This document shows positions 35,503-45,300 of a DNA stretch of 64,000 bases, one piece after another (the stretch's first letter is position 1; the number at the start of each line of letters is the position of its first letter). The stretch is from an uncultured delta proteobacterium (GTDB lineage: Bacteria; Myxococcota; Myxococcia; Myxococcales; Myxococcaceae), in NCBI GenBank assembly GCA_963771175.1, contig CAVYSY010000044.1:64001-128000 (forward strand). Reading direction: 5' to 3'. A program made the position numbers and the translations under genes. The notes under the pieces are model-generated. The model was not told the origin of the DNA. It ran no database searches and saw only the letters and a program-made list of their open reading frames with translations.

Positions 35503-36495
35503 CTACTGAGACAGGTCGTCCAGCACGTCCGAAAGAGTGCTGGCCTTCAGGGCCCGGTCGAACCAGCGGTCCAGGGTGGCCATATCCTTACAGGTGAGGA
35601 TGCGCTGCCGGGCCTCGTCGGCGACGGGCACACCGCGTGCGGCGAGAATTCGCAGCACATCCTCCGCCCGCCCCCGCGCCAATCCCCGCCGCATCCCCCG
35701 CTCAATGAGCTCCTCGCCGTGGCTTCGCATCAGCTCCTCCGCGCGTCGCGCATCCACCACCGAATGTAGCACCCGCCCCGTTGCTTTGTGGACCGTGCTG
35801 TCGCCGACGTAGAGCAGGTAACGCACCACCATGCCCAGGTGCTCGGCGCCCTCGGGGGCAGCCCGCACCTGCGCGAAGAGCGCGATCCAATCGGGTAGCC
35901 GCTCGGCCAACTCCTCGGTGCGCCCATAGCGCAGGGCCAGCCACGCCAGCTTCACCAACGGCGGGCCCGCACGCGCCCTCAATGCCTCCTCCCGCTCGGC
36001 CGTCAGGTCGTCCAGCAGGTACTCGAAGCGCGGTACCAGTGCTCGCCAGCGTTCCCGCTCCTCCTCCTCTTCCGGCAGCTCGAAGAGTTCCTCCACCCGG
36101 CGCGGCGCCGTCCAGGCCCCGCCCGTCCCGTGGTACATGACGAGCGGGAGGATGATCGGCAGCCGCGTGCTCTCCGGATGCTCCTGGCGCCACAGCTCCG
36201 CCAGGCGCACCACGTAGCGCAGCATGCGCCACGCCATCCACCTGTCCACCGAGGACTGATGTTCGAGCAAGACGTAGAGCAACAGGGGCCGACCCGTGCG
36301 CAGTCGGGCCGAGAAGAGCAGGTCGCTCTCGGTCTTGCGCAGCTCCGGGTCCACCACGCTGCCCGACTCCTGCCGCAGGGTTTCCCAGTCCACCTCCGCC
36401 ACGACGTGCGAGGGCAAGGTGGCGCGCAGCTCAGCCGCGGCGCGCTCGGGGTGGCCGAAGGTGTAGCGGACGAAGAGGTCATGGGGTCCGGACAT
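35503..36495 (-). CDS. Rpn/YhgA-like PD-(D/E)XK nuclease (putative transposase_31 family)
   Basis: PHDLF, SDLLFSA, LYVLLEHQS, RMLRY, LP.ILPLV.YHG. Confidence 0.9.
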   Translation of the reverse strand: MSGPHDLFVRYTFGHPERAAAELRATLPSHVVAEVDWETLRQESGSVVDPELRKTESDLLFSARLRTGRPLLLYVLLEHQSSVDRWMAWRMLRYVVRLAELWRQEHPESTRLPIILPLVMYHGTGGAWTAPRRVEELFELPEEEEERERWRALVPRFEYLLDDLTAEREEALRARAGPPLVKLAWLALRYGRTEELAERLPDWIALFAQVRAAPEGAEHLGMVVRYLLYVGDSTVHKATGRVLHSVVDARRAEELMRSHGEELIERGMRRGLARGRAEDVLRILAARGVPVADEARQRILTCKDMATLDRWFDRALKASTLSDVLDDLSQ

Positions 36496-36636
36496 GCCAG
36501 GGGCGCCCCAAGCACGCGGCGGGCCACGGGCACCTCCGAGACAGCTGGCAGCCCGCCTGCGTCCGCCCTCGGCGCCCACCGTCCCGCCCACAAGACGCAC
36601 TCGACCGGAGGCACGCCCCCCAGCAGGTCTTCTTCG

Positions 36637-37002
36637 TCATGAAGGAGGGCGTGGTGTACCGGAACGACCGCGGCCCGGCGTCGTCCGTCGTCGCCCGGTA
36701 GTGGAAACCCCACTCCCCAGCGAACGGGTCCTCGGCTCACCACGGACCGGCGGCGTCGGCTCGTATGGCGCGGAGCCTCCCGTGACGATGAGCCACAGGC
36801 CGCCGGCAATCCCTCCAACTCCGAGGAGAATCCCCCCGGCGGCGAACTCCACTTCATAGGACCGGCGACGGTGACCGTGGTGGGGTTCCCTCGCGAGGGA
36901 TACGCCCGCGGCCAGGAAGATGGCACCGAGCACGAGCGCGACCACCCCGCCCTTGCGGCCCGCGCCTCGGATGCCCTCGACGAGTACGAAGAAGAAGTCC
37001 AT
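36637..37002 (-). CDS. Small membrane hypothetical protein
   Basis: Two hydrophobic segments. Confidence 0.5.
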   Translation of the reverse strand: MDFFFVLVEGIRGAGRKGGVVALVLGAIFLAAGVSLAREPHHGHRRRSYEVEFAAGGILLGVGGIAGGLWLIVTGGSAPYEPTPPVRGEPRTRSLGSGVSTTGRRRTTPGRGRSGTPRPPS

Positions 37003-37044
37003 GGACGCGCCCCGTTCTATCCGGCCCTCGCCAGGACCGCGAGG

Positions 37045-38982
37045 TCACTCGACGGGGAGGACCTGCCCGTCGCGGGTGATGCGCACGACGTAGCTGATGT
37101 TGGTGTCCGGGTGCTCGCGGCAGTCCAACTCGAAGGGGGGAACGTACTGGCCCATTGGGCTCTCGCCTCCCTCCGCGCTCGGCGGCGGGCGGAGGTAGGC
37201 GAAGTCGAGCTGATGCCCCCTCGAGGTCGTCGCGATCACCAGGTCTCCCCGCGCATCGAAGGCGTAGGCCACGGGATTCCCGGGCAACGGGGCGAAGGGC
37301 TCCAGCACCCAGGTGCCCTCCGGTGTCCGGGTGATGCGATCCACGTGCCCGGAGCAGACGCCCATGTGACACAACCCCTGGAGCACCACTGTCGTTCCGT
37401 GGAGGTCCAGCGCGCGCAGGGGCTGGTGCTCGTAGCGGTTCCCGTCGTCGAGCTCGGTCACCCGCTCCTGTTCCCGCACACCGATCCACCCACTGAAGTC
37501 ACCCATGGGACGCGCGACAAGGCAGGCCTGTCCCATGGGCATGAGGATGTTGCTGGGAGAATCGCGCGAGGGGCCGGCGCAGGGCCCCGAGGTCCTGAGC
37601 GGCTCCGGGGGCATCCCCCACAGGATTCGAAGGGGAAGCCGACCGGTGCGCCGGCGCAGGGCCCACCCGTCGAGGTACGGGATGAGGCGAGGGCAGCGCG
37701 GTGTCGCCGCGGCCTTCCACTCGCCGGAGAGCTGATACCGGGCCACGGCGGCGGCCCACCGGACGTCCTGGGAGCCATCCCTCCGTGCCAGCTCCTCCAG
37801 TTGGGGCAGGGCCGCCTTCGCCTTCTCCCTGAATGTACCGAGCGCCCTCGCGGCGACCTTCTGGACTCCGGAGTGGGGGAGCTCCAGCGCCCGCCGCAGC
37901 GGCTCGATGGCCCTCTCGTCTCGCAGCATCCCAAGCAGATACGCGGCCCGCTCCCGCTCGCCCGGCGTTCCCCGCTCCAGCAGCCCGAGCAGCGCCTCCG
38001 TGGCCTCGGCGGGCGGCGCCTCGTTCATGAACAGGAAGTCCTCCAGGGCGCGCTGGCGGCAATCCAGGCGCGGGGACGAGAGCTGCCGCAGGAGGTGGGG
38101 GACCACCTCCGGCCGTCTCCGCTCGACCAGGGCCTGGAGCGCGATGGGGGTGAGTCGCTCGTCTCCGCGAGCGAGGGCCGCCAGGAACTCCGGCACCGCC
38201 TCTTCCCGCGAATCGTCCGCGAGCACCCGGAGGAGCGAGGCGGCATGGGGCAGGCACCCATCGAGGACGACCTGGCACGTCTTCGGAGCGGGCTCCTGGC
38301 ACGCGGCACCGGAAGGACGCCGGAGCGAGGGCTCCGCCAGCTCGCGCCGCAGCAACTCCTGGAGCCTGGGGACGAGCTCCGGCGGGAGAGAGCAGAGGGA
38401 CGGGAGGCGCCGCTTCAGCGCCGGCTCGAAGGCCTCGGGGTGCTCGAACACCTCCACCATCAGGGGAGCCAGCGTGCGGTCGAGACAGGGCAGGACGGGC
38501 TCGGAGGCGCCCTCCTGGAGGTGGCGGCGCACGAGGGGGAGCGCGCGTGGCTCATCCAGATACACGAGAGCGGCGAGCGCCGGGCCTCGGGGCTCCCGCT
38601 CGTGGAGCGCGAGGAGGGCGGGAATGGCCTCGCGCGCCCCCCCGTGCAGCTGGGCGAGACTCCAGGTGGCGCCAGCCCGTACCCCGGGAGACGGATCCGA
38701 CAGGAGGTCCACGAGGCGGGGCACGACCTGGGTCCTCCAGCGTTTCAGGTTGTCCGCCGCGCAAGACGACTCGAGAGGAAGCCCGCCCCAGGAGTTGGAG
38801 GAGTCCGGGCCCTGGGCCTGCGCGTTCTGGAGCAGCGCGAGGCACTCGTCGGCGCTGGTGCAGCACGACGCCCAGTCCTCCGCGGTCGCGAGGCGTCGGG
38901 TAGTACACGCGGGCCCGGTGAGGAGCAGGGTGCACAGCAACATCACCAGCGGCCGGGGAGTCGAAGTCGTCGCGGAACGCAT
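37045..38982 (-). CDS. HEAT-repeat lipoprotein
   Basis: Lipobox GPAC; repeats such as L.DPSPGVR.GA...L and VQKVAARALG. Confidence 0.75.
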   Translation of the reverse strand: MRSATTSTPRPLVMLLCTLLLTGPACTTRRLATAEDWASCCTSADECLALLQNAQAQGPDSSNSWGGLPLESSCAADNLKRWRTQVVPRLVDLLSDPSPGVRAGATWSLAQLHGGAREAIPALLALHEREPRGPALAALVYLDEPRALPLVRRHLQEGASEPVLPCLDRTLAPLMVEVFEHPEAFEPALKRRLPSLCSLPPELVPRLQELLRRELAEPSLRRPSGAACQEPAPKTCQVVLDGCLPHAASLLRVLADDSREEAVPEFLAALARGDERLTPIALQALVERRRPEVVPHLLRQLSSPRLDCRQRALEDFLFMNEAPPAEATEALLGLLERGTPGERERAAYLLGMLRDERAIEPLRRALELPHSGVQKVAARALGTFREKAKAALPQLEELARRDGSQDVRWAAAVARYQLSGEWKAAATPRCPRLIPYLDGWALRRRTGRLPLRILWGMPPEPLRTSGPCAGPSRDSPSNILMPMGQACLVARPMGDFSGWIGVREQERVTELDDGNRYEHQPLRALDLHGTTVVLQGLCHMGVCSGHVDRITRTPEGTWVLEPFAPLPGNPVAYAFDARGDLVIATTSRGHQLDFAYLRPPPSAEGGESPMGQYVPPFELDCREHPDTNISYVVRITRDGQVLPVE

Positions 38983-39040
38983 CTCCCCCTCATTGTGGGG
39001 GATTCCGCGCCCGCGTACACCGTGCGGCACCTCCCGAGCG

Positions 39041-40536
39041 TCAGTCCGCCCGCGACTCGGGCGCGGCGTCCTTCGCTTCCTCCGGCAGCAGCTTGCGCAG
39101 CTCGTCCGCCATCTTCCCGAGCTTCAGCGCCGTCGCCGTCACGTCCGTGCCCATCTGCGAGTACGTGTCCACCAGTTCCAGCAGCGTCGCGCACCCCTGC
39201 GAATGTGCGTCGTCTGCTCCGCCTGGCGCTCCGCCTCGCCCGAGCTCTTCTCCATCAACTGCTGGTTCTGCAGCACAATCTCCCGGATGGAGCGCAGCGT
39301 CGTCCTCGCCGACTCCAGCACCGGCTGGAAGCGCGCCGTCGTCTCGCGGATGTGCCCCACCGCCTGCAGCGTCTCGGCCATCTGCTTGGACACCCCGCCC
39401 ACCACCTCCCCAATCCTCCCCGAGCTCCGCCCCGACTCCTCCGCCAGCTTGCCCACTTCCTTCGCCACCACCGCGAAGCCCCGCCCGTGCTCCCCCGCTC
39501 TCGCCGCCTCTATCCCCGCGTTGAGCGCCAGCATGTTCGTCGCCGCCGCCATCTCCTGGATGGTCTCCACGAAGCCGTGGATGCGCTCGGAGCTGTCCTC
39601 CAGCTTCTGCACGCTCTGCGCGCTGCGCCCCACCGCCCGCGCGATGTCGCTCATGCTGGTCTCCATCCCGCTCACCAGCGTGTCCACCTCGCCCGTGTAG
39701 CGCTGCGCCTCCTCGGCCTGCGTGGCGCTCGCCCGCGAGTGCCGGAACAGCGCTCCCGCCGCGCTCGCCATCTGCTCGCTCGCCGCCGCAATCCTCAGCG
39801 CCGACGTCCGCACGTGCGCGGCCTGCTGCGACATCTCCGAAATCGTCGACGAGAGCACCTGCGCCGAGCTCGCCAGCGTGCGCCCCGTCTCGACAATCTT
39901 TCCCCGCGACGCGTGCAACTCCTGCATCGCCTCGGCCATGTCCCGCCGCAGGTAGAACTGCTTGCGACGCCCCTCGTGCAGCGCCTCCAACAGCGAGCCC
40001 ACCGCCAGCAAGCCCACCAGCAGGGTGACGTCCAGCGCCAGCGTGGCGGAGAGAGGCGCGCTCGACAGCACCAGGGTGAACGCCACGTGCGCCAGCGCCA
40101 GCAGCCCGTAGAAGCCGAAGCGCGCCGCCCGGCCCAGCGGCAACACCGCGGGCCCCGTCAGCACGTTCAGGAACATCATCACCACGTGGTAGCCCGTGCC
40201 CGCCGTGCCACTCCGGTAGAACACCCACTCGTTGCCCATGGCGTACAGCGCCACGCACCAGAACCCCAGCGCCGGCAGGTAGCGCTCGTCCACCACCCGC
40301 TGCACGGACGCCAGCACCAGCGCCAGCAGCACCCACGGCAGCCGCAGCAGGGCCATGTGCGCCAGGCTCACCTCCGTGCCCCCAGCGCTCATCGCGAACA
40401 GCACGTCCAGCGCGAAGAGCACCGGCGTGGACACCAGGCCGACGAGGGACAGGTGCCGGAGCCGGGAAGGCCCTCGCGTCAGCAGGAACTCGCGGTAGGC
40501 CTCCTGGGCCTGGGGGGAACGGGGGGTGGTTTCCAT
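39041..40536 (-). CDS. Methyl-accepting chemotaxis protein with multi-TM sensor, frameshift near 39200
   Basis: [29 protein letters not shown]. Confidence 0.92.
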
Positions 40537-40666
40537 GTGCCCTGCCACGGGTCCGGAGACCGACTCTCCGACTCCCGTCGGCACCACCGTATCAGATCAC
40601 CCCGCCCTCCCCGGCGCCCGCATTCGCCTGCCCGCTCGCCCTCCGCCCCGCCGGGCGTCCCTCTCC

Positions 40667-41512
40667 CTACACCACCGGCAATTCGCGCTGCACCGGCCCC
40701 GGGGGGAAGGCCGCCTCCAGCCGGGCCAGGTCCTCCCGAGTCAGCCGCAGCCCGTCCGCCGCCGCGTTCTCCCGGGTATGCGCCTCGTGGCTGGCCTTGG
40801 GGATGACGAAGAGCGGGCCCCGCCGCGTGAGGAACTGGAGCGCCACCTGCCTCGGGGTGACGCCGTGCGCCCGCGCCACCGCCGCCAGCACCCGCCCGTC
40901 CACACTGCCCGAGTCGGGGAAGTCCCCGCTCCCGTAGGGGCTGTAGCCCACCACCGCCACCCCGTGCCGCTCGCACCACGGCAGCACCCGGTGCTCGATG
41001 TGCCGCTCCCGCAGGTGGTACAGCACCTGGTTGCACGCCAGCCGCCCCGGCCCCGCCAGCGCCAGCACCTCCTCCAGGTCGCCCACGTCGAAGTTGCTCA
41101 CCCCCCAGGCGCGGATTTTTCCGTCCTCCCGCAACCGCTCGAAGGCGCGCACGGTCTCCTCCAGGGGGTGCGCCCCCGGCCAGTGCAGCAGGTAGCAGTC
41201 CAGGTAGTCCGTCTTCAGCCGCTTCAGGGAGCGCTCGCACGCCTTGAGGGTGCCCGCGTAGGTGGCGTTGTTGGGCATCACCTTGGACACGAGGAACACC
41301 TCGTCGCGCCGCCCGGCGAGCGCCTCGGCCACCAGCTCCTCCACCTCGCCGTAGCCGTACAGCTCCGCCGTGTCCACGTGCGTCATCCCCAGGTCCAACC
41401 CCACCTGGAGAGCCCGGACGGCGCTCGCCCGCTCATCCCCCTCCATCTGCCAGGTGCCCTGGCCGAGCACCGGCACCGCCACGCCCGTGTTCCCGAAGAC
41501 GCGCTTCTCCAT
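40667..41512 (-). CDS. Aldo/keto reductase
   Basis: LGQGTW, DTAELYG, LVSKV, YLLHW, GVSNF, NQVLY, IPKA. Confidence 0.92.
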   Translation of the reverse strand: MEKRVFGNTGVAVPVLGQGTWQMEGDERASAVRALQVGLDLGMTHVDTAELYGYGEVEELVAEALAGRRDEVFLVSKVMPNNATYAGTLKACERSLKRLKTDYLDCYLLHWPGAHPLEETVRAFERLREDGKIRAWGVSNFDVGDLEEVLALAGPGRLACNQVLYHLRERHIEHRVLPWCERHGVAVVGYSPYGSGDFPDSGSVDGRVLAAVARAHGVTPRQVALQFLTRRGPLFVIPKASHEAHTRENAAADGLRLTREDLARLEAAFPPGPVQRELPVV

Positions 41513-41654
41513 GGTGTCTCTCCCCAAGGCCCCAGCGTCTCGACTCCCGCCCCGGCCCGGTACGCCCGCTCGCCTGCGTTCCCTGGCGCACAACCCCGCG
41601 TCTCCCCCCTGGAGAGCCAACGTCTGGAGCGCCAGCGGTCGTCCCTCCCGCTCG

Positions 41655-42377
41655 CTAGCGCCCGGGCTTCACGGAGTAGGCGCCCGTCCGTGGGTCCACC
41701 GACACCCGGGGAGGGCGCCGCGTCTCCTCGAAGAAGCGCCAGCCCGGCTCCAGGCCATGCCAGAAGGCCACCAGCGCCGGGGTGGCCCCGGGGTGCTCGG
41801 CGAGCGCCGCCAGCCCCTCGGCGTCCAGCCGGCGAGGAAAGATGTGGATGGGCACGTCCCGCCTCATCTTCGTCCGAGCGCCCAGCACCATCAGGTACAG
41901 CTCCTCGATGGGGCCGTCCTCGATGGCGATGCAGCCGATGCTCAGGCAGTTGCCGTGGATGTAGATGGCGCCCCCCAGCGGCCGCTCGCCCCGGAGCCGA
42001 TCCGCCTCGTTCGGGTAGCTCACCCGCATGGACAGGTGGAACTGGCTGCGCGGGTTGAACTGGTCGAGCGTGTAGAAGCCCTCCGGCACCTGCTCATCGC
42101 CCTCGCGCCGCTTGGGGCCCACGTCCCCCGAGGCCGCGCAGAAGGAGAACGTCTTCACCTTGCGCAGCGGCTGGCCCCGAGCCCCCGCCCACACCTCCAG
42201 CACCCGCTCCTGCTTGAGGGCCCGCACGTACATCTCCTCGGGAGGCCAGGAGACACCGGCCGCCGCGAAGGCCTCGGCCACCGCGCGCTCCTTCGCCCGC
42301 CGCGCCGCCTCCACCCGGTCCTTCGCCTCCGCGGAGAGGGCCGCCACCAGTCCCAGCAAGAAGAGCAGTCGCGCCAT
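41655..42377 (-). CDS. Secreted L,D-transpeptidase family protein (YafK/DpaA-like)
   Basis: GPK.REGD.QVPEGFY, NP.S.FHLS..VSYPN, IYIHG.C.SIGC. Confidence 0.9.
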   Translation of the reverse strand: MARLLFLLGLVAALSAEAKDRVEAARRAKERAVAEAFAAAGVSWPPEEMYVRALKQERVLEVWAGARGQPLRKVKTFSFCAASGDVGPKRREGDEQVPEGFYTLDQFNPRSQFHLSMRVSYPNEADRLRGERPLGGAIYIHGNCLSIGCIAIEDGPIEELYLMVLGARTKMRRDVPIHIFPRRLDAEGLAALAEHPGATPALVAFWHGLEPGWRFFEETRRPPRVSVDPRTGAYSVKPGR

Positions 42378-42451
42378 GCCTCCCTGGACGCCTCGCGAGG
42401 CCTTGGCGTTTCACCGGAGGACGTGTGCTCCTGTCCCCGGCCGGGCCCGCT

Positions 42452-42799
42452 TCACCGGCCTCGCCGCCCGCCGCCCATGGTGGTGAACCAGGCGGAGCCG
42501 GCGCGGTCGTCGTCCTCCCCGGCCGACGCCTCGAAGAAAGGGTCCCCGAAGGAGGCGTCCTCCTCGGCCACGGGTCCCCCCTCCTCGTCGATCGACTCCA
42601 GCGCCATCGACAGCCCCACCCCCAGGAAGCCCAGCAGCGCCGCACCGGCCAACGCCAGCTTCAGCTTCATCCTCCGCAGCCTCTGGGCCTCGCGGCGGAC
42701 ATGGAGGAGTTCTTGACGGCGCTCCTCCTGCTCGGGGGTGGGTCTCCGTTTCAGGGGGAGCCGGATGACGGGGGCGAGTCCAGGCTCATCGGGGGGCAT
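42452..42799 (-). CDS. Small single-TM hypothetical protein
   Basis: VIRLP N-terminus, one TM helix, acidic tail; TAGAAT 6 nt before ATG. Confidence 0.55.
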   Translation of the reverse strand: MPPDEPGLAPVIRLPLKRRPTPEQEERRQELLHVRREAQRLRRMKLKLALAGAALLGFLGVGLSMALESIDEEGGPVAEEDASFGDPFFEASAGEDDDRAGSAWFTTMGGGRRGR

Positions 42800-42966
42800 G
42801 CGGCCATTCTAGCCCAGGCCGCACGAGGAGGAATAATGCAGCACGTCCGGACGACCGCTCCTCCTCGTATCCGCCCGGCAACGAGCATCCGGAACGAGGC
42901 GGGCCCCTGGCGCATCCCACCGTACGGCCGTGTGCGCTACGCGTTCCAGGGACATAGCGTGGAGCC

Positions 42967-44490
42967 GTGCTGGCCCTACATCCGAGCCCGACAGCCCCCG
43001 CGTCACTGCGCGCCATCGCCGCACTGTTGCTGCTGTGCCTCGTGGCCTGCGCCGGCCCGGCACCGGGCATGGGCACGCTGCGCTACGACACGGGAGGGGC
43101 CTCGCGCCTCCACCAGGGTGCTCCCGCTTCGCGCTTCGCTCCCTCCCGGGCCTCTCGTGACCTGAGCCCGGAGGAGGCCGCGCACTGGAAGGCCGTGGAG
43201 GAGAAGCTGGAGGAGTACCTCCAATGGGGCATGCGGTTGATGGAGACTCATGCCGCGCACCTGCGCCGCATCGCTCCCGGCCACCTCCTCACCGAGCACC
43301 CCCTGCGCGAGAAGTCCCTCGACGCCCTCATTCGCGCCACCCTCGCCTGGGCCTACTCCCATACCGAGGACCCGGACTTCCTCCGCCGCAGTCCCTCAGA
43401 GGTAGCCCTCTACCTGCTGGCCAGCCGCTCGGCCCTGTCCACCGCCATCGAGCTGGGCAAACGCGCTCCGCCCCACCTCGACTACTCGCCTCCTCCCGAG
43501 GACGCGTACACCGACGAGGAGTTGGTGGCGGAGCTGCTCATCGGCTTCACTCCCGTCCTCGGTGATGCCACGGACCTCGCGGCGGCCATCACGGGCGAGA
43601 GCTACACCGGCCATCCGCTCAGCGACACCGAGCGCTTCATCCATGTCCTGGGCGCGGTGCTGCCCTTCGCCAACGGCAAGCTGCTGACGAAGGGCGGAGA
43701 GGCGACGCTGGGGAGGGTTGCGCTCGTCACCGGCAAGAGCATTCATGAGGTGCGGGTGCTCTCCCGCGTCGCCTCCCACCTGAGCGCCGAGGACGTGCAA
43801 GAGATTGAGCGCGTCCTCCAGCGGGCCGCGGACAGGGGCGGGATGCTGGCGGATGAGGAGCTGGCCTTCCTGGAGCGGATAGCCGGCAAGCTGCAGAAGC
43901 CCTTGAGCGAGGCCGCCGAGTCCCTGCGTCGTGGGGAGAAGTTGCCGCTCCTGGGCGCACGCACCCTCGCGAATGGCACTCGGATGCTGCCCGGTTCCCC
44001 CGAGCACCTCGCCCAGCGCTGGGTGGACTACCAGTTCCGCCACCCGGGCAAGTACCAGCGTTTCTCCTATGCCGTGGACCCCGAGTGGGAGCGCCTCTAC
44101 CGCTCCATCCTCGCCAACAAGCCGGCCGGAAATGCCTTCGAGGACTCCATCCTCAAGGCCCAGAGCTACGAGAAGAACGCCGCGATGATGATGCCCCCAC
44201 CGGGCAGAATGGAACAGGGCTTCATCCCGGACTCGGTGCGCGGCAACCCCGCCGAGCTGGTATGGGGTCAGCCCTACCGTTTCATCGAGGCCAAGGGCCG
44301 CCAGGAGCTGGCGCTCACCGGCAACATCAAGGCCATGATCGAGTATGTGCGCGAGCACGGAGGCCACATCGAGCTGTGGATTCGATCCGCCCAACACCCG
44401 TCAGGCAAGACTCGCCTCACGACACCTCTCCAGGACGAACTGAACGAGCTCATTCGCGATGGCAAGGCGGCCATCAGGTACTCTCCGTAG
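42967..44490 (+). CDS. Lipoprotein polymorphic toxin: pre-toxin TG domain plus Tox-REase-7-like nuclease
   Basis: Lipobox LVAC; IGFTPVLGD.TDL..AITG....G..LS..ER; G..FE...FIPD...FIEAK...L.LT.NI...T.LT.PL. Confidence 0.75.
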   Translation: MLALHPSPTAPASLRAIAALLLLCLVACAGPAPGMGTLRYDTGGASRLHQGAPASRFAPSRASRDLSPEEAAHWKAVEEKLEEYLQWGMRLMETHAAHLRRIAPGHLLTEHPLREKSLDALIRATLAWAYSHTEDPDFLRRSPSEVALYLLASRSALSTAIELGKRAPPHLDYSPPPEDAYTDEELVAELLIGFTPVLGDATDLAAAITGESYTGHPLSDTERFIHVLGAVLPFANGKLLTKGGEATLGRVALVTGKSIHEVRVLSRVASHLSAEDVQEIERVLQRAADRGGMLADEELAFLERIAGKLQKPLSEAAESLRRGEKLPLLGARTLANGTRMLPGSPEHLAQRWVDYQFRHPGKYQRFSYAVDPEWERLYRSILANKPAGNAFEDSILKAQSYEKNAAMMMPPPGRMEQGFIPDSVRGNPAELVWGQPYRFIEAKGRQELALTGNIKAMIEYVREHGGHIELWIRSAQHPSGKTRLTTPLQDELNELIRDGKAAIRYSP

Positions 44491-44504
44491 AAGTCACCTC
44501 GCAC

Positions 44505-45266
44505 ATGCGACACTTCGAAACCGAAATTGAACTGCCCCCGGGCCTTCTCCCGACCACTGTCGTGCGGGAGTTCCTCCGGCTCGGCCTCGAGCAGTATCGG
44601 TGGTTCACCCCCATGCGGTACGGCACGGGCACTCTCAGGCATGAGCTCGACCCCAAGCACATCGACTTCGATGCGCTCCTCGCCTTCTACGAGGAGCGCG
44701 AATGCCTGTGCATCGCAGCCAAGACAGACCAGGACTTCTTCTATCTCTCCCCCGCGAGACCCGAGAGCCAGCGCCGTATTGGCAGGCTCAACCTGCACAC
44801 CCGCCCCAAGAGTGCCAACAAGCCCGCCTGGCGTGCCGCGCACATCGAGCAGGTGACCGAGCTTATGCGGCTCCTGCGTTCTCCATATGCATTCGCGGGC
44901 CTCGATGAGGACATCGAGAGCAAGACCCAGCGGCTGGTGCCCGAAGAGGTGGGTCAGAGGCTGGACTTCACCGTGCGCAACTACAGCGAAGGGCTCGCCG
45001 GGCTCTTCTGGCGCAACTTCTTCGGGCCTCCCTTCGTGCGCATGTTCGGCGAGCGCCTCGCCTCTCTCCCCGCCGAGTACCGCCAGGACCTCGGCAATGG
45101 CCTCGTCCTCGTCCAGCCCTACGCCCTCCCCTCCGACGCCGGCACCGAGCAGGGCAACGCCCAGGAACGCTCCCTCATCGAGCACCTCGGGCCCGAGTGC
45201 TTCTACGACCACTCGCGCCACCTCAAGCCTTCCCGCGTCCCCGTGCTCGAGGACTCCGGAGCGTGA
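44505..45266 (+). CDS. Putative cognate immunity protein
   Basis: Starts 14 bp after the toxin stop; no signal peptide; GLAGLFWRNFFGPPF motif. Confidence 0.65.
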   Translation: MRHFETEIELPPGLLPTTVVREFLRLGLEQYRWFTPMRYGTGTLRHELDPKHIDFDALLAFYEERECLCIAAKTDQDFFYLSPARPESQRRIGRLNLHTRPKSANKPAWRAAHIEQVTELMRLLRSPYAFAGLDEDIESKTQRLVPEEVGQRLDFTVRNYSEGLAGLFWRNFFGPPFVRMFGERLASLPAEYRQDLGNGLVLVQPYALPSDAGTEQGNAQERSLIEHLGPECFYDHSRHLKPSRVPVLEDSGA

Positions 45267-45300
45267 ACGTCCGCCCGGGGATGTGACAGGCTCCCGCGCC

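Noticed and set aside
35503..36495. Rpn as an IS element
   Set aside because: No terminal inverted repeats or target duplication seen; the family is not a demonstrated transposase.
36871..40806. 1311-aa plus-strand ORF and other long Arg/Pro/Gly-rich ORFs
   Set aside because: Antisense shadows of real minus-strand genes in high-GC DNA; no motifs.
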